This document shows positions 27,459 to 37,484 of a stretch of 53,751 nucleotides of DNA, piece by piece. The notes under the pieces are model-generated. The model did not search any database. It saw only the letters and a program-made list of their open reading frames with translations, and had not been told where the DNA came from. This DNA comes from Bacilli bacterium (GTDB taxonomy: Bacteria > Bacillota_I > Bacilli_A > RF39 > UBA660): contig JBJEED010000030.1 in NCBI GenBank assembly GCA_051872765.1, positions 1-53,751 on the forward strand. The letters run 5' to 3'. Positions within the stretch are counted from its first letter, which is position 1, and the number at the start of each line of letters is the position of its first letter. Both the position numbers and the translations under genes were made by a program.

Positions 27459-28610
27459 AATATTTATTTCTAGTATTTTATCTTTTAATTCTTTCTCAAT
27501 ATTAACAAGTTCTTTTTCTGCTTCTTTTCTCTTAGTTCTACCTTCTTCATGTATCTTAATGATTCCATCTAAAGTATCAATTAAGTTTTTATTAGTAGTT
27601 TTTAATGTTTCAATATCAACAATAGCTCTTTCACTTTCTTTAGCAATATCAAGTGATCCCTGTTTTAATGTTTCACTATTCTTTTGAAGCATATCATTTG
27701 TTAACTTACTAACAGCTTGCTGTTGTTGTAATGATTCTTTAGCATGATTAATACCAAGTGCTAATACAATTTGATTTTTCCACAATGGAATAGTATTAGT
27801 AATTGAACTTTGTATTTTTTCTACAAGCTCTGCATCATTATTTTGTAATAATCTAATTTGAGGTGCCATTTGAATTGAAATAACTCTTGTAGTCTTAAGA
27901 TCATATATTTTCTTTTCAAATCTATTAATTTGAGCTTCTAAATCTTGTACTTTTTGTATATCCATTTGTTCATGAGTTTCTTCTGCTTTTTTCTTAAGCT
28001 CTGGTAATGTTACATTTCTAAGCTCATCTAGTTTTTTATCACCTGCGATTATATATAATGATATTTCTTTGAAAAAATTTAAATTCTTTTCATACATTTC
28101 ATCAAATATACTAATATCCTTTAACAATTGAATTTTACTACTATCTAGCCCTTTTTCTATACTATCAATATTTTTTTCTATTTTATTATATTTAGCAATA
28201 ATTTTATTTATTTTCTTTTTAACTCCACCAAATAATTTTGCAATTCCTTTATCATTAATATCGCCATCAAAATCTTTAATTTCAGATACTAATTCTGCTA
28301 ATAAATCACCTACTTCTCCAGCATTTTTATTTTTAACACCATCTAATATATTATCTGAAAAATCAGATATTTTCTTTTGAGCAGATGCACCATATTGTAA
28401 TACCTGAGTTGCATCAAACACATCAATTTTGGAATTAAACTCATCTACTGCTTGTTGTTCTTCTTTGGTAAGTTCATCATAATTTAATGATTTTTCAATT
28501 TTCTCCTCTGTTATTTTAGTTTCATTAACTAATTCGTTAAGTTTTTCATCATTCTTTAATTCAGTTTTTTTCTCTACTTTTAATTCTAATTCAGCCATTT
28601 TTTCCTCCAT
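27453..28610 (-). CDS. telA: TelA toxic-anion resistance protein
   Basis: VLQYGASAQKKI, AGEVGDLL, RFEKKIYDL, QMAPQIRLLQNND, TIPLWKNQIVLALG. Confidence 0.93.
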   Translation of the reverse strand: MEEKMAELELKVEKKTELKNDEKLNELVNETKITEEKIEKSLNYDELTKEEQQAVDEFNSKIDVFDATQVLQYGASAQKKISDFSDNILDGVKNKNAGEVGDLLAELVSEIKDFDGDINDKGIAKLFGGVKKKINKIIAKYNKIEKNIDSIEKGLDSSKIQLLKDISIFDEMYEKNLNFFKEISLYIIAGDKKLDELRNVTLPELKKKAEETHEQMDIQKVQDLEAQINRFEKKIYDLKTTRVISIQMAPQIRLLQNNDAELVEKIQSSITNTIPLWKNQIVLALGINHAKESLQQQQAVSKLTNDMLQKNSETLKQGSLDIAKESERAIVDIETLKTTNKNLIDTLDGIIKIHEEGRTKRKEAEKELVNIEKELKDKILEINIK

Positions 28611-29806
28611 TATTTTAAATAATCTATTAGTTTATTATAGTAATCCATTTTTAGACTACTTACTGTACTATTAATTGATTTTGGTATTGCTACTCCTATA
28701 TTAGAAACATCATAATTTCCTCCAGTAATACCTGTTCTAAAACCATATTTTTCCCAAGCAATTTGAGCTATTTTTTCATCTTGTAATGCTATATATAACT
28801 TTTTGCCTTCTTCAGTAAAAGCTGCAAAACAATGCGAATTCCAAATGGTTGGTTTTGGATATAAAACAACTATTTGATCTTTTACTTGACTAAAACCTGT
28901 AGGATTTGATGTAGCAAAATCAATTAAACTTTTTTCATAATCAACAATCATAGGTTGACCACCCATACCAGTTTTTAAATATCTTTCAAATAAATCTGCT
29001 GGTGTATTATTCATATAACCTGATTTTTGATAAAATGTTTTTAATTTTGCTAGATTTTTTTCTAAATCTTCATCTTTTATTTGACCTTCTCCTAATATTG
29101 AAAGTAAAAGACCATAATAAGTCGCACCAGGCGAAGATGAGACAGGATCTGTGGATGCAATATTAATATTACCATATAAATCTGTAAGTCCTATATCTTT
29201 CCATGTCTTACCTTGTAATATATAGTTCATTAATTTATTCATATCAGTAATATAATAAACACCATCTATTAATTCAACTATTTTTTCATTTATTAGCTTT
29301 TCTACTACTTCTTTCCAAGAATATATTACTATTGGAGTATTTAATGTAAGTCCGCCATCTAGTACTCTATATCTTGCACTCTCTTTATTCTCCTCATTAG
29401 GTGATAATTTATAATAATCATAAAATCTTTGATCTGATGTAAACAAAGCATCATATTTACTAACACCAGGCGTATTTATTGTAATGTCTTCACCTGATTC
29501 TATTCTATTTATTATTTGTTGATTTCCAAGACCAACACTTTCTCTAATTAATGCTTTTTGTACTGTTTTACCATTGCTCCAAGAATCAAATACAGGATTT
29601 AAACCATATTTTTCTTTTAATATCTTAATTACTTCTTCATCTGCCAAGAAATCCTCTTTTCCACCTCCAGTAGCAACATATACAGTAGTTAAATTTTTAT
29701 AATCATCAACATTATCAATTTTATTATTACTAGTAACTTTAAATATGATAATTCCGATTATCAACACTACAAATATTGAAATTCCTATTATTTGTTTTTT
29801 ATTCAT
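28610..29806 (-). CDS. Membrane-anchored periplasmic-binding-fold (SBP-like) protein
   Basis: N-terminal TM; GGGKEDFL, LNTPIVIYSW, STDPVSSSPG, YEKSLI and PTIWNSH; overlaps both neighbours. Confidence 0.75.
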   Translation of the reverse strand: MNKKQIIGISIFVVLIIGIIIFKVTSNNKIDNVDDYKNLTTVYVATGGGKEDFLADEEVIKILKEKYGLNPVFDSWSNGKTVQKALIRESVGLGNQQIINRIESGEDITINTPGVSKYDALFTSDQRFYDYYKLSPNEENKESARYRVLDGGLTLNTPIVIYSWKEVVEKLINEKIVELIDGVYYITDMNKLMNYILQGKTWKDIGLTDLYGNINIASTDPVSSSPGATYYGLLLSILGEGQIKDEDLEKNLAKLKTFYQKSGYMNNTPADLFERYLKTGMGGQPMIVDYEKSLIDFATSNPTGFSQVKDQIVVLYPKPTIWNSHCFAAFTEEGKKLYIALQDEKIAQIAWEKYGFRTGITGGNYDVSNIGVAIPKSINSTVSSLKMDYYNKLIDYLK

Positions 29807-30422
29807 CTTTATTCACCTCAACATCAATTTCATTTTTGTCAAGACCATCAGCCTTTAACATTTGATTTAGTACTTTAATCTCAACTTTTGTATCCAACAT
29901 ATCCGATTCATATAAATTATTTAGAAATTTTTTAAACACATTGTTAATTTCTTTTATCATATCACCTGTCGATGATAAAAACTTTTTACTCTCTTTAGTA
30001 CTCATATTTTGATTTTCAATTACATCAAATCTATCTACTAATTTAACTGTAACAGGCAAATAATACTCAAAGAAATTATTTAATTTATTTTCTTTCTTTG
30101 GTTCTTTTTCTATTGTACTTATTATTCTTGCCACAATATTATTTATTTCATTTAAATTCTTTTGTATTTCTTCATTTTCTATCATAGGTATCATATCTAA
30201 TATATGATTATTTTGAATTTTAGCATTTTCAAGTTTTTTATATAAACTATTATTAGTTATCTTTAAATTTTGCTTTTTATCTTTTTTAAATACCAAATTT
30301 CCTGCAACATAAGCACATGCTCCAATACCAACAGATGGTACTAAGGGTATTGATAGTGCTAGATATGGTACTGCAAAGAATGACGCGCCTATTACTGCTG
30401 ATACTACTTCTTTGTGTTTCAT
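29799..30422 (-). CDS. xpaC: XpaC-like (5-bromo-4-chloroindolyl phosphate hydrolysis family) membrane protein
   Basis: Two N-terminal TMs, then FFEYYLPVTVKL...Y/F and LDTKVEIKVL; sits beside telA. Start moved to ATG 30422 after SD GGGG. Confidence 0.85.
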   Translation of the reverse strand: MKHKEVVSAVIGASFFAVPYLALSIPLVPSVGIGACAYVAGNLVFKKDKKQNLKITNNSLYKKLENAKIQNNHILDMIPMIENEEIQKNLNEINNIVARIISTIEKEPKKENKLNNFFEYYLPVTVKLVDRFDVIENQNMSTKESKKFLSSTGDMIKEINNVFKKFLNNLYESDMLDTKVEIKVLNQMLKADGLDKNEIDVEVNKDE

Positions 30423-30423
30423 G

Positions 30424-32025
30424 CTAGTTGTATCCCCTAACTTCCTTAAAAGCCTTAAGCAAATCTTTTTTTCCATCAAATACTTTAGCATTTGATAAGT
30501 TTGCAATATTATTTAATTCATCGTATGAAGCATCACCAAATGTAATACTATATATTGGTATATCCGATTGAATATTATTATATTTTTCTCTAAGAGAACC
30601 AATAGTTCCAACATTAACTACTCCATCTGTCATAGCAATAATAGTTTTTGTATATTCATCGCTTTCACCATCTAATATATCAAGACCTGTAATAATTGCA
30701 TCATATAATGCAGTACTTCCACCTACTTCATATTCATCAATATTTTCTATTAATTTAATTGTATCATGACCACTAACACTATTCCATATTCCATATACAT
30801 TAGTACCAAAAGGTATTACTGTTATTTTATCATATTTGGAAAATTGTAAATTATCTTTAGATGCTTGATCGTAATCTAAAATATATTTCATTGCCCCAAC
30901 CAGTTGTTCTTTTCCAGAACCATACATACTTCCAGAATAATCTAGACAAAATACTACATGTGTTGGTTTTCTCAATTCCTCTATATATAAATTAATTGCT
31001 GCAGTTATTACTTTCTTAGAAGGAAATTTCGTTACATTTAAATATTTACTAGTATCGATTCCATATTCAGGATTAAATATATTTTTATCAGCATTGGAAT
31101 TAACTCCTCCATACCATGTTCTATATCCTAAATTTGCTAACATTTTTTGTCCATTCTCGCTAAGTAAATACTTTTGTATATCCAAAAATAATTTTTCTTT
31201 ATTATCTTTACCTATAAAAGCAAATGTAGAATCATTTATAGCAACACCATCGGATGGATATATTAAATATAGTTCTTCTTTGTTTTGCTCTCTTAATTTT
31301 TTATTAATATTTATTAAAGATGCCTCACTTGATATTATTGCCTCATATTCATCGTTATTTAAAAACATTTCTTCAAGATAATCTTCATCACCACTAACTC
31401 TTTGTACACCAGAAAATACATCTTTTAAATTTTGTATTAACTTTTTATCATTAAGCATTTCTTCTGTCAATACTTCTGGATTGCCTGCTAAAGATGATAA
31501 AAATCCTAAATACGCTGTTGCTCCAGTATTAGTAGCTGTTACAGAAGACATAACATATTTAATTTGTTTATTTTTAATTAAATTAACTATCATATTATTA
31601 GTTACATTACTATCCATAAGGCCAAGACTTTTTGCTTTACTTTTCTTTATTCCAAATACAACAGGACTAATGCTTATAGATGCACTATTACTAGTTAAAT
31701 ATGGATTATCAAGCATATATAGCCACATTGAATTAGATATCCAAACTGCATCATAATTTTCTGAATTATGATTTAACTCATCAATTATATCTAAATCCCC
31801 CATGTAATCAACAACTATTTCACTGTTATTATCATTTGCATACTTTATAATATCATCCATAGCTATTTTATTATCATATGAGGATAAAATATGTAAAGTT
31901 CCATTATATAAATATTTTTTATTTTGTTCTGAATTATATATAACTAATGAAAATAATACTATTGCCAAAAAAACAAATGAAAACTTCACAAAATTATTAA
32001 AAACACTATTACCTTTATTCTTCAT
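30424..32025 (-). CDS. Membrane-anchored SBP-like + von Willebrand A domain protein
   Basis: N-terminal TM, SBP-like region (AVWISNSMW, SPVVFG, TNTGATAY), C-terminal vWA with a complete MIDAS (DYSGSM, GSTALYDA, MTDG). Confidence 0.9.
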   Translation of the reverse strand: MKNKGNSVFNNFVKFSFVFLAIVLFSLVIYNSEQNKKYLYNGTLHILSSYDNKIAMDDIIKYANDNNSEIVVDYMGDLDIIDELNHNSENYDAVWISNSMWLYMLDNPYLTSNSASISISPVVFGIKKSKAKSLGLMDSNVTNNMIVNLIKNKQIKYVMSSVTATNTGATAYLGFLSSLAGNPEVLTEEMLNDKKLIQNLKDVFSGVQRVSGDEDYLEEMFLNNDEYEAIISSEASLININKKLREQNKEELYLIYPSDGVAINDSTFAFIGKDNKEKLFLDIQKYLLSENGQKMLANLGYRTWYGGVNSNADKNIFNPEYGIDTSKYLNVTKFPSKKVITAAINLYIEELRKPTHVVFCLDYSGSMYGSGKEQLVGAMKYILDYDQASKDNLQFSKYDKITVIPFGTNVYGIWNSVSGHDTIKLIENIDEYEVGGSTALYDAIITGLDILDGESDEYTKTIIAMTDGVVNVGTIGSLREKYNNIQSDIPIYSITFGDASYDELNNIANLSNAKVFDGKKDLLKAFKEVRGYN

Positions 32026-32153
32026 TTTATCTACCTCTAATTCTCTATTACAATTATATCATAAAATTATAGATTTACTACACTAAATTTCATTAAATAA
32101 TATAAAATAATTTTTAAAGCAATATTTTTCTTACATTTAAAAAAGCATAATAA

Positions 32154-32609
32154 TTATGCCTTCTTAAATAATTCATCGCTATCTAACATAATAGTCACTG
32201 GACCATCATTATATATTTCTACTTTCATATCGGATCCAAATATGCCTGTTTGAGTATTAATAATTTTACTTAATTTACCATTAAATTTATCATAAAGAAT
32301 AGTTGCCTCTTCTGGATTCATAGCACTTGTAAATGATGGCCTTCTTCCTTCTTTACAATTTGCATACAATGTAAATTGACTAATACTCAAAATACTTCCA
32401 TTTATATCTTGAATACTTAAATTCATTTTATTATTTTCATCTTCAAATATTCTTAAATTAATAATTTTTTGTATCATCTTATCTAGTATAATTTCATCAT
32501 CACCTTGAGTAAATCCAACTAATAATACAAATCCTTTATCTATTTTCCCATTAATTTTTCCATTAATAGTAACTTTACTCTCTTTACTTCTTTGTACTAA
32601 TACTCTCAT
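32154..32609 (-). CDS. dtd: D-aminoacyl-tRNA deacylase
   Basis: MRVLVQR, LRIFED, SQFTL, GRRPSF, NDGPVT. Confidence 0.97.
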   Translation of the reverse strand: MRVLVQRSKESKVTINGKINGKIDKGFVLLVGFTQGDDEIILDKMIQKIINLRIFEDENNKMNLSIQDINGSILSISQFTLYANCKEGRRPSFTSAMNPEEATILYDKFNGKLSKIINTQTGIFGSDMKVEIYNDGPVTIMLDSDELFKKA

Positions 32610-34729
32610 TAAATAAATATCCTTTCTACTTTTTTAACACTACTTATTGTTCTTATATCATCTATAAAATTATTTAATGATTCAATATTATTTACTTTAC
32701 AACTAACATCATAAAATAATTCCTTATTTCTATTAATTAAATTTATTGATTCTACTACAATATCATACTTAGTAGATTTAGTAATAATATTTAATAATAT
32801 ATCTCCTACATCCTCTATAAATACTTTTAATTTAGCCGTATATTTATTAGTAAGATTATCTTCCCAAGTTGCATCTATTATACGCTCACTTTCAAGATTA
32901 ATATTAGGACAATTCTTTGAATGAATTTTAACTCCATATCCCTTAGTAATGTAACCAACTATTGCTTCACCATAAACTGGATTACAACAAGATGCTAGTG
33001 AAGATAATATATCTGTACTTCCTGCAATTATAATACCATTATTAACTGATGTTTTATTCTTAGTTAAGGTATTTACTTTCTTTTTTGGCTCATGAACTTC
33101 TAATTTAGCAAGAACAGAAGAAGGTAAATATTTCATTGTTGCAACACTAAAATATATATCATCAAGATTATCTGATTTTAATAACTTACATAATTTTTCT
33201 ATATTTTCATTTGAAAATACTTCATTAAAATCAACATTCTTTTTCTTACATTCACTAACTAGCATTTCTCTTCCAACTGAAATATAGTTTTCCCTATCTT
33301 TTTTATAAAAATATGCTTTTATTCTACTCTTAGCAGATTCAGTCTTAACTATCTTTAACCATCCTTTTGATGGTGCATGACCTTTTTGAGTTATTAATTC
33401 TACTAAGTCCCCGTCTTTAAGTTCATAATCTAATTTAACCATTTTAGAATTAACTAAAGCACCTGTTGTAGTATTACCTACTTCACTATGTATTTTATAT
33501 GCAAAATCAATTGGAGTTGCTCCTTGAGGTAGTTCTATTATATCTCCTTTTGGTGTATAAACATATATTTCACTTCTTTTAAATTCATCTTTAATATTTA
33601 CAAAGAATTCCATATTCTTTTTTATATCATTAACTTCAACCAATACTCTAAATTGTTCTAATATATGGTCTAAATTATTTTTTACTTTACCATCAATTTG
33701 TTCTTTATAGCTCCAGTGAGAAGCAACACCCTTTTCTGCAATTTCATCCATTTCATAAGTTCTTACTTGAATTTCAAATATTTTTTTATCTTCACCAAAA
33801 ACAGTCGTATGAAGGCTTTGATATAAATTTGGTTTTGGATTTGCAATATAATCTTTAAACCTATTTGGTATTGGTGGATATTTAGATTGAACTAATCCTA
33901 TAACTCTATAGCAATCCTCAACATTATCAACTAATACTCTAATACCAAGTAAATCATAAATATCATCCCACTTTTTACCTTTTTTAAGTTTATTATATAT
34001 ACCTCTTACTGACTTAACACGAGATAACATTTCATATTTTATATCATGCTCATCAAGAATTTGCATTATTTCATATTTCATCTTTGCAAGTGACTTTTCT
34101 AACTCAGTCTTAGATGCATTAATTTTTTGAAGAACATTATTATACTCTACTGGGTCTGAGTATTGAAGACATAAATCTTCCATTTCACTCTTAATCTTTT
34201 TCATACCAAGCCTATGCGCAATTGGTATATATATTTTTACTGTTTCATCTATTATATATTTTTGATGCACCTCATCATGTACTCTAAGAGTCCTTAAATT
34301 GTGTAATCTATCTGCAAATTTAATAAATAATGTTGCTGGATTTTCTGATAATCCTACTATAATTCTTCTATACTTTTCTGGATTATCTATTTTAAATGTT
34401 TGCTTTAAATTACTTATTTTAGTAATAGATGCTACTATATTTGCGCTCTCACTTCCAAACATTTCCTCTATTTCTTCATAAGTCATTTTATTTAAAGAAA
34501 TTGCTTCATGAATAAGCGCACATCCTATAGTCACTGGATCCATTTTTAAAGTAGCCAAAATATATGCAACATTTATAGGATGTAAAATATAATCTTCACC
34601 AGTATTCCTTTTCATACCATCATATATTATCTTAGCTTGCTTATAATAATTATTAATAAATGCTAAATACTCTTTATCCATATAACTTTCAAGCACATCA
34701 ATCAAATCATTATAATTATAATTTTTCAA
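32609..34729 (-). CDS. rel: Long RelA/SpoT homologue; synthetase intact, hydrolase motif degenerate
   Basis: HD-fold N-terminus with HEAISL in place of HDxxED; synthetase DLLGIR, RFKDYIA, YQSLHT, EIQVRT; TGS (VYTPKGD, TPIDFAY), ZFD (CCNP) and ACT domains. Confidence 0.96.
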   Translation of the reverse strand: MKNYNYNDLIDVLESYMDKEYLAFINNYYKQAKIIYDGMKRNTGEDYILHPINVAYILATLKMDPVTIGCALIHEAISLNKMTYEEIEEMFGSESANIVASITKISNLKQTFKIDNPEKYRRIIVGLSENPATLFIKFADRLHNLRTLRVHDEVHQKYIIDETVKIYIPIAHRLGMKKIKSEMEDLCLQYSDPVEYNNVLQKINASKTELEKSLAKMKYEIMQILDEHDIKYEMLSRVKSVRGIYNKLKKGKKWDDIYDLLGIRVLVDNVEDCYRVIGLVQSKYPPIPNRFKDYIANPKPNLYQSLHTTVFGEDKKIFEIQVRTYEMDEIAEKGVASHWSYKEQIDGKVKNNLDHILEQFRVLVEVNDIKKNMEFFVNIKDEFKRSEIYVYTPKGDIIELPQGATPIDFAYKIHSEVGNTTTGALVNSKMVKLDYELKDGDLVELITQKGHAPSKGWLKIVKTESAKSRIKAYFYKKDRENYISVGREMLVSECKKKNVDFNEVFSNENIEKLCKLLKSDNLDDIYFSVATMKYLPSSVLAKLEVHEPKKKVNTLTKNKTSVNNGIIIAGSTDILSSLASCCNPVYGEAIVGYITKGYGVKIHSKNCPNINLESERIIDATWEDNLTNKYTAKLKVFIEDVGDILLNIITKSTKYDIVVESINLINRNKELFYDVSCKVNNIESLNNFIDDIRTISSVKKVERIFI

Positions 34730-34861
34730 TATAAATCATCTCCTTTAATCCATATAGCAGTTATATTTATTTTAATATAATCTTTATTATAATACATAAT
34801 CTCTAAATAATTATAAATTTAAATAATTTTAATCACTTCCCTAATATAGCAAAAAGAGAAC

Positions 34862-37084
34862 TTAAGAATTAATTCCTTTAATTTTAAGTTCTTCTATCTC
34901 ATCATCATCTTCTTCTGGTTTTTGCATTGATCTATATTCAAGAATCATCCAAAATCTAGGTCCAATTAATAGTGATGATATAGCACCAGCGATTAATCCT
35001 ATTAATATTGCTATATTGAATGTATATATATCACTTAAACCAACACATAATAATGTAATTATACAAACTATAGTAGTTATACTTGTCCATATACTACGAT
35101 TTATTGTTCCAATTGAAGAAGTATTTACTAAATTCTTAAGTTCTTCTTTAGTAAGTTTCTTTTTATTTCTATAAAGTTTGCTTCTGTTTTCTCTAATTCT
35201 ATCAAATACAACTATCGTATCATTAATAGAATATCCAATTATAGTAAGAAGACTTGCTACTATTATAAAATCAACACTAATACCAAATATTGCAAATATT
35301 GATACTATAATTAATACATCATGAACAAGCATTAGAATACCAGATATTGCATAATTGATATTAAATCTTATTGCAATATAAATAATAATTGCAATTAATG
35401 AATATATTAAAGATTTAATTGCATTTTTGGTAAGATTTTTTGTTACCAAAGTGCTAATAACAGATAATGAAGTTTCTATTCCAAGCGTAGATAATTCATC
35501 TTTTACGCTTAATTCTTCTTTTTCAGATAAAATATCATTTAATTTAATATATCCTTCAGTTTTACTACCCATATAGTAATTATAATCTCTAACATCATAA
35601 TCTTTTACTATTTCCACTACTTTTTTAAAATCAATATCAGTTTCAGATGATAAATTAATATTTGTACCACCTGTAAAATCAACACCAAAATTAAATCCAC
35701 GAACAAGAGCAAATATTACTCCAAATATAATTATTGTTAGTGATATTAATATAGGATATTTTGCTATTTTAACATAATCTACTTGTTTCTTATTTTTTAT
35801 TTTTCCAAATAAGCATATATGTTTATCGTTAAAATACTTTGATTTAACAATAAGACTAAGAATAAATCTATATAAAATGACTGTAGAGAATACTGTAATT
35901 ATAATTGTAATAATTAGCATAGTTGCAAATCCACGTACAGAAGATTCACCAAATATATACATTACTATTCCAGCAATTAATGTTGTAATATTAGCGTCTA
36001 TTATCGCACCTATACTATTTTTATTTCCATCTTTAAATGCTTGTAATAATTTAGAACCTTTAGATAATTCATCTTTAACTCTTTCATTTGAAATTATTAT
36101 TGAATCAACTGCCATTCCGATACCTAGAATTAAAGCAGCAATTCCAGTTAAAGTAAGCACACCATCAACAGCATTAAATATAGCAAATACAAGTAATATA
36201 TATACAAGTAAGCTTATACTTCCAATAAAACCACTAAATCTATACTTAAATATTAGTATAAAAGCAATTATTACAAATGAAATAATACCAGCTAAAGCAG
36301 TTTTTTTAATCACTTCACTACCAAAAGATGCAGATACACTCTTAGGTGTTGCCTCTTCAGTAAGTTTAGTTGGAAGAGAACCACTATTTATAAGTTCCGC
36401 TAATAATTCAGCCTCTTCTCTAGTAAAATTACCATCTATTGTTACTTTAGATGTATTTAATCCTTCACTTACACTAGCTGCTGATATACATCCAGTATTA
36501 GATGATCCACAATTATCTTTTGAATTAACATAGCTATCTTTTTCTTCATTAAAATCAAGCCAAGTTACTATAAGATTATTTCCATCAGTCATAGAACTAA
36601 TTTTTTTTGTTACTTCATAAAATTTTGATGTATCACTAATACTAAGTTCTACATTATATCTAAGTTTTTCCTTATTATAAAATGCACTTGCTCCACCTTT
36701 ACCTAAAACATCACTTGTCATAAGTAAATTATCATTAGTATCTCTAAAACTAAGTACAGCAGTTGTACTAATTCTATCTCTAGCCTCTTGCTCATTTGAT
36801 ACACCAGGTAATTGTACTCTTATTAAATTATTACCTTCAATTGTAATAACTGGTTCACTTACTCCAAGGGTATCTATTCTATTTATTATTGCTTTATATG
36901 TATTTTGTAAATCCTCATCAGTTATTTCATCTCCTTCTTCTAAAGGTTCAACCTTATAAAGAATTTCAAACCCTCCTTGTAAATCAATACCATATGATAT
37001 ATTACTAAATATTGGATTTATACATAAAACACAAATTAATATAATAGTAACAACAACAATTAATGGTTTTACCAATTTTTTCAT
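34862..37084 (-). CDS. secDF: Fused protein translocase subunit SecDF
   Basis: GIDLQGG, RIDTLGVSEP, VSASFG, GMAVDS, IIDANITT, GVDFTGGT, GYSINDTIVVFDRIRE. Confidence 0.96.
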   Translation of the reverse strand: MKKLVKPLIVVVTIILICVLCINPIFSNISYGIDLQGGFEILYKVEPLEEGDEITDEDLQNTYKAIINRIDTLGVSEPVITIEGNNLIRVQLPGVSNEQEARDRISTTAVLSFRDTNDNLLMTSDVLGKGGASAFYNKEKLRYNVELSISDTSKFYEVTKKISSMTDGNNLIVTWLDFNEEKDSYVNSKDNCGSSNTGCISAASVSEGLNTSKVTIDGNFTREEAELLAELINSGSLPTKLTEEATPKSVSASFGSEVIKKTALAGIISFVIIAFILIFKYRFSGFIGSISLLVYILLVFAIFNAVDGVLTLTGIAALILGIGMAVDSIIISNERVKDELSKGSKLLQAFKDGNKNSIGAIIDANITTLIAGIVMYIFGESSVRGFATMLIITIIITVFSTVILYRFILSLIVKSKYFNDKHICLFGKIKNKKQVDYVKIAKYPILISLTIIIFGVIFALVRGFNFGVDFTGGTNINLSSETDIDFKKVVEIVKDYDVRDYNYYMGSKTEGYIKLNDILSEKEELSVKDELSTLGIETSLSVISTLVTKNLTKNAIKSLIYSLIAIIIYIAIRFNINYAISGILMLVHDVLIIVSIFAIFGISVDFIIVASLLTIIGYSINDTIVVFDRIRENRSKLYRNKKKLTKEELKNLVNTSSIGTINRSIWTSITTIVCIITLLCVGLSDIYTFNIAILIGLIAGAISSLLIGPRFWMILEYRSMQKPEEDDDEIEELKIKGINS

Positions 37085-37398
37085 TTTTCTTCCTCCTGTA
37101 TTATATCTTTAAATTCACCCTTTAATTCTTCTTTCTGATTATCCTTCAATTTTTTTATATTTTCCATAACATAATCATACAATCTATAATTATCTACAGA
37201 CAAAATATCACTTATTAAATCAAATAATTCTAAATCATTTCTTTTATTCCATTCATTCTCTGCTAAATAATTCCATACATCTTTTTCTGTTATATATAGT
37301 AGACCTAGTCTTCTTGTTTCTTTTACTTTTGAAAATAATGCTGGCTCAACTTTTTTATACAATTCCTCTTTATCTTTAAATGATATTTCATCACTCAT
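37081..37398 (-). CDS. comN: ComN-like post-transcriptional regulator
   Basis: PALFSKVKE...ITEKDVWNYL...WNK...LFDLISDILS; directly upstream of secDF, as in B. subtilis. Confidence 0.75.
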   Translation of the reverse strand: MSDEISFKDKEELYKKVEPALFSKVKETRRLGLLYITEKDVWNYLAENEWNKRNDLELFDLISDILSVDNYRLYDYVMENIKKLKDNQKEELKGEFKDIIQEEEK

Positions 37399-37484
37399 AT
37401 GCTTCACCTTTTTAATTGTATCATTTTTTTTATAAAATGTCTTAAATATTTAAAAAAGTTTGTATAATAATCTACAAACTTTAA

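Noticed and set aside
34730-34861. Gap between secDF and rel lacking recJ-apt, with an orphan SD-like GGGAAGTGA (34841-34833)
   Set aside because: It may be a deletion scar, but no coding remnant is recognisable and such rearrangement is ordinary.
35877-36533. 218-aa plus-strand ORF, and similar antisense ORFs (e.g. 4751, 14580, 20834, 31094, 40621, 50971)
   Set aside because: They lie entirely opposite well-supported genes and have the Ile/Ser/Leu-rich composition typical of AT-rich antisense frames.
37081-37398. comN next to secDF as a novel link
   Set aside because: The same synteny occurs in B. subtilis.
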